The position numbers and the translations under genes were made by a program. A DNA stretch of 64,000 nt from Eledone cirrhosa (Eukaryota): NCBI GenBank assembly GCA_964016885.1, contig OZ024741.1:250294001-250358000 (forward strand), given 5' to 3'. This document shows, piece after piece, positions 54,683-64,000 of the stretch; positions within the stretch are counted from its first letter, which is position 1; every line of letters begins with the position of its first letter. The notes beneath the pieces were generated by a model, which did no database searches, was not told the origin of the DNA, and saw nothing but the letters and a program-made list of their open reading frames with translations.

Positions 54683-57600
54683 CAGGGGGAGATAATTTGT
54701 AAAAAAAAATCACGGGGAGATAATTTGTAAAAAAAATCAGGGGGAGATAATTTGTAAAAAAAAATCAGGGGTAGATAATTTGTAAAAAAAAATCAGGGGG
54801 AGATAATTTGTAAAAAAAAAATCAGGGGGAGATAATTTGTAAAAAAATCAAGGGGAGATAATTTCCAGCCGTCCAAGGGGAGATAATTTTCAGCCGTCCA
54901 AGGAGAGGTAATTTCTAGCCGTCCAAGGGGAGATAATTTTTAAAAAAAAATCAGGCGGAGATAATTTGTAAACAAAAATCAGGGGGAGATAATTTGTAAA
55001 AAAAAATCAGGGGGAGATAATTTGTAAAAAAAAATCAGGGGGAGATAATTTGTAAAAAAAATCAAGGGGAGATAATTTCCAGCCGTCCAAGGGGAGGTAA
55101 TATCTAGCCATCCAAGGGGAGATAATTTCCAGCCGTCCAAGGGGAGATAATTTCCAGCCGTCCAAGGGGAGATAATATCCAGCCGTCCAAGGAGACATAT
55201 TTTCCAGCCGTCCAAGGAGACGTAATTTCTAGCCGTCCAAGGGGAGATAAGTTCCAGCCTCCAAGGGGAGATAATTTCCAGCCAGCCAAGGGGAGATAAT
55301 TTGTAAAAAAATCAGGGGGAGATAATTTGTAAAAAAAAATTAGGGGGAGATAATTTGTAAAAAAAAATCAGGGGGAGATAATTTGTAAAAAAAAATCAGG
55401 GGGAGATAATTTGTAAAAAAAATCAAGGGGAGATAATTTCCAGCCGTCCAAGGGGAGATAATTTTCAGCCGTCCAAGGAGAGGTAAATTCTAGCCGTCCA
55501 AGGAGATATAATTTCCAGCCGTCCAAGGGGAGATAATTTCCAGCCGTCCAAGGGGAGATAATTTTTTTAAAAAAATCAGGCGGAGATAATTTGTAAACAA
55601 AAATCAGGGGGAGATAATTTTAAAAAAAAAATCAGGGGGAGATAATTTGTAAAAAAAAATCAGGGGGAGATAATTTGTAAAAAAAATCAAGGGGAGATAA
55701 TTTGCAGCCGTCCAAGGGGAGGTAATATCTAGCCATCCAAGGGGAGATAATTTCCAGCCGTCCAAGGGGAGATAATTTCCAGCCGTCCAAGGGGAGATAA
55801 TATCCAGCCGTCCAAGGAGACATATTTTCCAGCCGTCCAAGGAGAGGTAATTTCTAGCCGTCCAAGGGGAGATAAGTTCCAGCCTCCAAGGGGAGATAAT
55901 TTCCAGCCAGCCAAGGGGAGATAATTTGTAAAAAAATCAGGGGGGAGATAATTTGTAAAAAAAATCAGGGGGAGATAATTTGAAAAAAAAATCAGGGGGA
56001 GATAATTTGTAAAAAATATCAAGGGGAGATAATTTCCAGCCCTCCAAGGGGCAATAATTTCCAGCCGTGCAAGGGGAGATAATTTCCAGCCGTCCAAGGG
56101 GAGATAATTTCCATCCTTCCAAGGGGAGATAATTTCCAGCCGTCCAAGGGGAGATAATTTCCCGCCAGCCAAGGGAAGATAATTTTTTAAAAAATCAGTC
56201 GGAGATTGTAAAAAAAATCAGGGGGAGATAATTTGTAAAAAAATCAGGGGGAGATAATTTGTAAAAAAAAAATCAGGGGGAGATAATTTGTAAAAAAAAA
56301 TCAGGGGGAGATAATTTGTAAAAAAAAATCAGGGGGAGATAATTTGTAAAAAAAATCAGGGGTAGATAATTTGTAAAAAAAATCAGGGGGAGATAATTTG
56401 TGAAAAAAATCAGGGGGAGATAATTTGTAAAAAAAATCAAGGGGAGATAATTTGCAGCCGTCCAAGGGGAGATAATTTTCAGCCGTCCAAGGAGAGATAA
56501 TTTCTAGCCGTCCAAGGGGAGATAATTTCCAGCCGTCCAAGGGGAGATAATTTCCCGCCAGCCAAGGGAAGATAATATTTAAAAAAATCAGGCGGAGATA
56601 ATTTGTAAAAAAAATCAGGGGGAGATAATTTGTAAAAAAATCAGGGGGAGATAATTTGTAAAAAAAAATCAGGGGGAGATAATTTGTAAAAAAAATCAGG
56701 GGGAGATAATTTGTAAAAAAAAATCAGGGGGAGATAATTTGTAAAAAAAATCAAGGGGAGATAATTTCCAGCCGTCCAAGGGGAGATAATTTTCAACCGT
56801 CCAAGGGGAGATAATTTCCCGCCAGCCAAGGGAAGATAATATTTAAAATAATCAGGCGGAGATAATTTGTAAAAAAAATCAGGGGGAGATAATTTGTAAA
56901 AAAATCAGGGGGAGATAATTTATAAAAAAAAAATCAGGGGGAGATAATTTGCAAAAAAAATCAGGGGGAGATAATTTGTAAAAAAAATCAGGGCTAGATA
57001 ATTTGTAAAAAAAAATCAGGGGGAGATAATTTGTAAAAAAAATCAGGGGGAGATAATTTGTAAAAGAAATCAGGGGTAGATAATTTCCAGCCGTCCAAGG
57101 GGAGATAATTTCCATCCTTCCAAGGGGAGATAATTTCCAGCCTTCCAAGGGGAGATAATTTCCCGCCAGCCAAGGAGAGATAATATTTAAAAAAATCAGG
57201 CGGAGATAATTTGTAAAAAAAATCAGGGGGAGATAATTTGTAAAAAAATCAGGGGGAGATAATTTGTAAAAAAAAAATCAGGGGGAGATAATTTGTAAAA
57301 AAAATCAGGGGGAGATAATTTGTAAAAAAAAATCAGGGGTAGATAATTTGTAAAAAAAAATCAGGGGGAGATAATTTGTAAAAAAAAAATCAGGGGGAGA
57401 TAATTTGTAAAAAAATCAAGGGGAGATAATTTCCAGCCGTCCAAGGGGAGATAATTTTCAGCCGTCCAAGGAGAGGTAATTTCTAGCCGTCCAAGGGGAG
57501 ATAATTTCCAGCCGTCCAAGGGGAGATAATTTTTTAAAAAAAATCAGGCGGAGATAATTTGTAAACAAAAATCAGGGGGAGATAATTTGTAAAAAAAAAT

Positions 57601-60600
57601 CAGGGGGAGATAATTTGTAAAAAAAATCAGGGGTAGATAATTTGTAAAAAAAATCAGGGGGAGATAATTTGTGAAAAAAATCAGGGGGAGATAATTTGTA
57701 AAAAAAATCAAGGGGAGATAATTTGCAGCCGTCCAAGGGGAGATAATTTTCAGCCGTCCAAGGAGAGATAATTTCTAGCCGTCCAAGGGGAGATAATTTC
57801 CAGCCGTCCAAGGGGAGATAATTTCCCGCCAGCCAAGGGAAGATAATATTTAAAAAAATCAGGCGGAGATAATTTGTAAAAAAAATCAGGGGGAGATAAT
57901 TTGTAAAAAAATCAGGGGGAGATAATTTGTAAAAAAAAATCAGGGGGAGATAATTTGTAAAAAAAATCAGGGGGAGATAATTTGTAAAAAAAAATCAGGG
58001 GGAGATAATTTGTAAAAAAAATCAAGGGGAGATAATTTCCAGCCGTCCAAGGGGAGATAATTTTCAACCGTCCAAGGGGAGATAATTTCCCGCCAGCCAA
58101 GGGAAGATAATATTTAAAATAATCAGGCGGAGATAATTTGTAAAAAAAATCAGGGGGAGATAATTTGTAAAAAAATCAGGGGGAGATAATTTGTAAAAAA
58201 AAAATCAGGGGGAGATAATTTGCAAAAAAAATCAGGGGGAGATAATTTGTAAAAAAAATCAGGGCTAGATAATTTGTAAAAAAAAATCAGGGGGAGATAA
58301 TTTGTAAAAAAAATCAGGGGGAGATAATTTGTAAAAAAAATCAGGGGTAGATAATTTCCAGCCGTCCAAGGGGAGATAATTTCCATCCTTCCAAGGGGAG
58401 ATAATTTCCAGCCTTCCAAGGGGAGATAATTTCCCGCCAGCCAAGGAGAGATAATATTTAAAAAAATCAGGCGGAGATAATTTGTAAAAAAAATCAGGGG
58501 GAGATAATTTGTAAAAAAATCAGGGGGAGATAATTTGTAAAAAAAAAATCAGGGGGAGATAATTTGTAAAAAAAATCAGGGGGAGATAATTTGTAAAAAA
58601 AAATCAGGGGTAGATAATTTGTAAAAAAAAATCAGGGGGAGATAATTTGTAAAAAAAAAATCAGGGGGAGATAATTTGTAAAAAAATCAAGGGGAGATAA
58701 TTTCCAGCCGTCCAAGGGGAGATAATTTTCAGCCGTCCAAGGAGAGGTAATTTCTAGCCGTCCAAGGGGAGATAATTTCCAGCCGTCCAAGGGGAGATAA
58801 TTTTTTAAAAAAAATCAGGCGGAGATAATTTGTAAACAAAAATCAGGGGGAGATAATTTGTAAAAAAAAATCAGGGGGAGATAATTTGTAAAAAAAAATC
58901 AGGGAGATAATTTGTAAAAAAAATCAAGGGGAGATAATTTCCAGCCGTCCAAGGGGAGGTAATATCTAGCCATCCAAGGGGAGATAATTTCCAGCCGTCC
59001 AAGGGGAGATAATTTCCAGCCGTCCAAGGGGAGATAATATCCAGCCGTCCAAGGAGACATATTTTCCAGCCGTGCAAGGAGAGGTAATTTCTAGCCGTCC
59101 AAGGGGAGATAAGTTCCAGCCTCCAAGGGGAGATAATTTCCAGCCAGCCAAGGGGAGATAATTTGTAAAAAAATCAGGGGGAGATAATTTGTAAAAAAAA
59201 ATCAGGGGGAGATAATTTGTAAAAAAAAATCAGGGGGAGATAATTTGTAAAATAAATCAAGGGGAGATAATTTCCAGCCGTCCAAGGGGAGATAATTTTC
59301 AGCCGTCCAAGGAGAGGTAAATTCTAGCCGTCCAAGGAGAGATAATTTCCAGGCGTCCAAGGGGAGATAATTTCCAGCCAGCCAAGGGGAGATAATTTGT
59401 AAAAAAATCAGGGGTAGATAATTTGTAAAAAAAAATATGGGGGAGATAATTTGTAAAAAAAAATCAGGGGGAGATAATTTGTAAAAAAAATCAAGGGGAG
59501 ATAATTTCCAGCCGTCCAAGGGAAGATAATTTTCAGCCGTCCAAGGAGAGGTAATTTCTAGCCGTCCAAGGGGAGATAAGTTCCAGCCTCCAAGGGGAGA
59601 TAATTTCCAGCCAGCCAAGGGGAGATAATTTGTAAAAAAATCAGGGGTAGATAATTTGTAAAAAAAAATCAGGGGGAAATAATTTGTAAAAAAAATCAGG
59701 GGGAGATAATTTGTAAAAAAAATCAGGGGTAGATAATTTCCAGCCGTCCAAGGGGAGATAATTTCCATCCTTCCAAGGGGAGATAATTTCCAGCCGTCCA
59801 AGGGGAGATAATTTCCCGCCAGCCAAGGAGAGATAATATTTAAAAAAATCAGGCGGAGATAATTTGTAAAAAAATCAGGTTGAGATAATTTGTAAAAAAA
59901 TCAGGGGGAGATAATTTGTAAAAAAAAAATCAGGGGGAGATAATTTGTAAAAAAAATCAGGGGGAGATAATTTGTAAAAAAAAATCAGGGGGAGATAATT
60001 TGTAAAAAAAATCAGGGGGAGATAATTTGTAAAAAAAATCAAGGGGAGATAATTTCCAGCCGTCCAAGGGGAGATAATTTTCAGCCGTCCAAGGAGAGGT
60101 AAATTCTAGCCGTCCAAGGAGAGATAATTTCCAGCCGTCCAAGGTGAGATAATTTCCAGCCGTCCAAGGGGAGATAATTTTTAAAAAAAAATCAGGCGCA
60201 GATAAGTTGTAAAAAAAAATCAGGGGGAGATAATTTGTAAAAAAAAATCAGGGGGAGATAATTTGTAAAAAAAATCAAGGGGAGATAATTTCCAGCCGTC
60301 CAAGGGAAGATAATTTCCAGCCCTCCAAGGGGCTATAATTTCCAGCGTCCAAGGGGAGATAATTTCCAGCCAGGGAAGGGGAGATAATTTTTTTTTAAAA
60401 ATCACTGGGAGATTTGTAAAAAAATCAGGGGGAGATAATTTGTAAAAAACTCAAGGGGTGATAATTTCCAGCCGTCCAAAGAGAGATAATTTCTAGCCGT
60501 CCAAGGGGAGATAATTTCCAGCCAAGGGGAGATAATTTCCTGCCTTCCAAGGGGAGATAATTTTTAAAAAAATCAGGTGGAGATAATTTGTAAAAAAAAT

Positions 60601-63600
60601 CAGTGGAAGATAATTTGTAAAAAGAAAATCAAGGGCAGATAATTTCCAGCCGTCCAAGGGGAGATAATTTCCCGCCAGCCAAGGGAAGAAAATATTTAAA
60701 AAAATCAGGGGGAGATAATTTGTAAAAAAAAATCAGGGGGAGATAATTTGTAAAAAAAATCAAGGGGAGATAATTTCCAGCCGTCCAAGGGGAGATAATT
60801 TTCAACCGTCCAAGGGGAGATAATTTCCCGCCAGCCAAGGGAAGATAATATTTAAAAAAATCAGGCGGAGATAATTTGTAAAAAAAATCAGGGGGAGATA
60901 ATTTGTAAAAAAATCAGGGGGAGATAATTTGTAAAAAAAAAATCAGGGGGAGATAATTTGTAAAAAAAATCAGGGGGAGATAATTTGTAAAAAAAATCAG
61001 GGGTAGATAATTTGTAAAAAAAAATCAGGGGGAGATAATTTGTAAAAAAAATCAGGGGGAGATAATTTGTAAAAAAAATCAGGGGTAGATAGTTTCCAGC
61101 CGTCCAAGGGGAGATAATTTCCATCCTTCCAAGGGGAGATAATTTCCAGCCGTCCAAGGGGAGATAATTTCCCGCCAGCCAAGGAGAGATAATATTTAAA
61201 AAAATCAGGCGGAGATAATTTGTAAAAAAAATCAGGGGGAGATAATTTGTAAAAAAATCAGGGGGAGATAATTTGTAAAAAAAAAATCAGGGGGAGATAA
61301 TTTGTAAAAAAAATCAGGGGGAGATAATTTGTAAAAAAAATCAGGGCTAGATAATTTGTAAAAAAAAATCAGGGGGAGATAATTTGTAAAAAAAATCAGG
61401 GGGAGATAATTTGTAAAAAAAATCAGGGGTAGATAATTTCCAGCCGTCCAAGGGGAGATAATTTCCATCCTTCCAAGGGGAGATAATTTCCAGCCGTCCA
61501 AGGGGAGATAATTTCCCGCCAGCCAAGGAGAGATAATATTTAAAAAAATCAGGCGGAGATAATTTGTAAAAAAAATCAGGGGGAGATAATTTGTAAAAAA
61601 ATCAGGGGGAGATAATTTGTAAAAAAAAAATCAGGGGGAGATAATTTGTAAAAAAAATCAGGGGGAGATAATTTGTAAAAAAAAATCAGGGGTAGATAAT
61701 TTGTAAAAAAAAATCAGGGGGAGATAATTTGTAAAAAAAAAATCAGGGGGAGATAATTTGTAAAAAATATCAAGGGGAGATAATTTCCAGCCCTCCAAGG
61801 GGCTATAATTTCCAGCCGTGCAAGGGGAGATAATTTCCAGCCGTCCAAGGGGAGATAATTTCCATCCTTCCAAGGGGAGATAATTTCCAGCCGTCCAAGG
61901 GGAGATAATTTCCCGCCAGCCAAGGGAAGATAATTTTTTAAAAAATCAGGCGGAGATTGTAAAAAAAATCAGGGGGAGATAATTTGTAAAAAAATCAGGG
62001 GGAGATAATTTGTAAAAAAAAAATCAGGGGGAGATAATTTGTAAAAAAAAATCAGGGGGAGATAATTTGTAAAAAAAAATCAGGGGGAGATAATTTGTAA
62101 AAAAAATCAGGGGTAGATAATTTGTAAAAAAAATCAGGGGGAGATAATTTGTAAAAAAAATCAGGGGGAGATAATTTGTAAAAAAAATCAAGGGGAGATA
62201 ATTTGCAGCCGTCCAAGGGGAGATAATTTTCAGCCGTCCAAGGAGAGATAATTTCTAGCCGTCCAAGGGGAGATAATTTCCAGCCGTCCAAGGGGAGATA
62301 ATTTCCAGCCGTCCAAGGGGAGATAATTTTTAAAGAAAAATCAGACGGAGATAATTTGTAAAAAAAAAATCAGGGGGAGATAATTTGTAAAACAAAATCA
62401 GGGGGAGATAATTTGTAAAAAAAGATCAGGGGTAGATAATTTGTAAAAAAAATCAGGGGAGATAATTTCCAGCCGTCAAAGGGAAGATAATTTCCAGCCC
62501 TCCAAGGGGCTATAATTTCCAGCGTCCAAGGGGAGATAATTTCCAGCCAGCGAAGAGGAGATAATTTTTTTTTAAAAATCATTGGGAGATTTGTAAAAAA
62601 AATCAGGGGGAGATAATTTGTAAAAAAAATCAGGGGTAGATAATTTGTAAAAAAAAATCAGGGGGAGATAATTTGTAAAAAAAAAATCAGGGGGAGATAA
62701 TTTGTAAAAAATTCAAGGGGAGATAATTTCCAGCCGTCCAAGGGAAGATAATTTCCAGCCGTCCAAGGGGAGATAATTTTTAAAAAAAAATCAGGCGCAG
62801 ATAAGTTGTAAAAAAAAATCAGGGGGAGATAATTTGTAAAAAAAAATCAGGGGGAGATAATTTGTAAAAAAAATCAAGGGGAGATAATTTCCAGCCGTCC
62901 AAGGGAAGATAATTTCCAGCCCTCCAAGGGGCTATAATTTCCAGCGTCCAAGGGGAGATAATTTCCAGCCAGGGAAGGGTAGATAATTTTTTTTTAAAAA
63001 TCACTGGGAGATTTGTAAAAAAAATCAGGGGGAGATAATTTGTAAAAAACTCAAGGGGTGATAATTTCCAGCCGTCCAAAGAGAGATAATTTCTAGCCGT
63101 CCAAGGGGAGATAATTTCCAGCCGTCCAAGGGGAGATAATTTCCCGCCAGCCAAGGGAAGATAATATTTAAAAAAATCAGGCGGAGATAATTTGTAAAAA
63201 AAATCAGGGGGAGATAATTTGTAAAAAAATCAGGGGGAGATAATTTGTAAAAAAAAATCAGGGGGAGATAATTTGTAAAAAAAATCAGGGGGAGATAATT
63301 TGTAAAAAAAAATCAGGGGGAGATAATTTGTAAAAAAAATCAAGGGGAGATAATTTCCAGCCGTCCAAGGGGAGATAATTTTCAACCGTCCAAGGGGAGA
63401 TAATTTCCCGCCAGCCAAGGGAAGATAATATTTAAAATAATCAGGCGGAGATAATTTGTAAAAAAAATCAGGGGGAGATAATTTGTAAAAAAATCAGGGG
63501 GAGATAATTTGTAAAAAAAAAAATCAGGGGGAGATAATTTGTAAAAAAAATCAGGGCTAGATAATTTGTAAAAAAAAATCAGGGGGAGATAATTTGTAAA

Positions 63601-64000
63601 AAAAATCAGGGGGAGATAATTTGTAAAAAAAATCAGGGGTAGATAATTTCCAGCCGTCCAAGGGGAGATAATTTCAATCCTTCCAAGGGGAGATAATTTC
63701 CAGCCGTCCAAGGGGAGATAATTTCCCGCCAGCCAAGGAGAGATAATATTTAAAAAAATCAGGCGGAGATAATTTGTAAAAAAAATCAGGGGGAGATAAT
63801 TTGTAAAAAAATCAGGGGGAGATAATTTGTAAAAAAAAAATCAGGGGGAGATAATTTGTAAAAAAAATCAGGGGGAGATAATTTGTAAAAAAAAATCAGG
63901 GGTAGATAATTTGTAAAAAAAAATCAGGGGGAGATAATTTGTAAAAAAAAAATCAGGGGGAGATAATTTGTAAAAAAATCAAGGGGAGATAATTTCCAGC
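54683..64000 (+). repeat. Copy 2 of the >=9.3 kb block (offset 20693-20694), truncated by the window end
   Basis: Same markers as copy 1. Few differences were noticed: TAAAAGAAAT at ~57061, one A-tract length change near 61620, and T9A5 versus T10A4 at ~62565/41871. Confidence 0.95.
56301..58842 (+). repeat. 1271-bp tandem duplication nested within copy 2 of the 20.69 kb-offset block
   Basis: ORF pairs 56301/57572, 56641/57912 and 56879/58150. Confidence 0.92.

Larger units (their letters stand above)
1..64000 (+). repeat. Composite two-monomer tandem satellite array (type A 26-29 bp A-tract monomer and type B 25 bp GC-rich monomer, shared core GGGGAGATAATTT); runs off both window ends
   Basis: Every line read consists of AGGGGGAGATAATTTGT(A)nTC or AAGGGGAGATAATTTCCAGCCGTCC and their variants, all in one orientation. 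Roughly 2,400 monomers are expected from 64000 / ~26.3 bp (an estimate, not a count). Confidence 0.99.

Noticed and set aside
834-63711. Numerous 60-199 aa minus-strand ORFs (FFTNYLPLI, FFYKLSPPD, GWKLSPLGRLEIISPWTAGNYLPLD repeats)
   Set aside because: They are translations of the monomers in overlapping frames, mostly with alternative start codons. Frame is broken arbitrarily by A-tract length and the 25-bp period, and no domain is recognisable. The + strand lacks ORFs because the monomers carry TAA.
1-64000. CRISPR-like appearance (constant core plus variable interval)
   Set aside because: The core is only ~13 bp, the intervals are short and fall into two recurring classes rather than unique spacers, and there is no cas gene or leader.
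1-64000. Telomerase-made telomeric array (25-bp G-run unit like long yeast telomere repeats)
   Set aside because: Two monomer types and SNPs inherited through kb-scale duplications indicate recombinational amplification rather than templated addition. It matches no telomere motif I recognise. A subtelomeric location cannot be excluded.
1-64000. Pure sequencing or assembly artefact, or synthetic sequence
   Set aside because: Nested, hierarchically shared variants and conserved homopolymer lengths fit a genuinely evolved array. Individual large duplications still need read validation.
1-64000. Retroelement poly(A) tails or tandem SINE fragments
   Set aside because: The A-tracts are short internal parts of a 26-29 bp monomer, with no element body, Pol III boxes or target-site duplications visible.

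Overview
The whole 64 kb window is one uninterrupted, head-to-tail, single-orientation satellite array. I find no supportable genes, RNA genes, transposons or unique sequence. It is built from two related short monomers that share the core GGGGAGATAATTT. Type A is AGGGGGAGATAATTTGT(A7-10)TC (26-29 bp) and type B is AAGGGGAGATAATTTCCAGCCGTCC (25 bp). The two types alternate in blocks (mostly 4-9 monomers) with stereotyped boundary variants. These blocks are organised into nested higher-order repeats (HORs) and duplications: 206, 234, 344, 625, 1271, 1998 and 2204 bp units, plus longer copies at offsets of about 3.96, 5.3, 7.93, 17.1-17.3 and 20.69 kb. All ORFs in the track are minus-strand translations of the monomers and are treated as artefacts, but their spacing was used to measure repeat periods. 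The architecture resembles eukaryotic centromeric or heterochromatic satellite, but neither organism nor function can be determined from the sequence. Block boundaries are approximate (about one monomer or more) and were read by eye.
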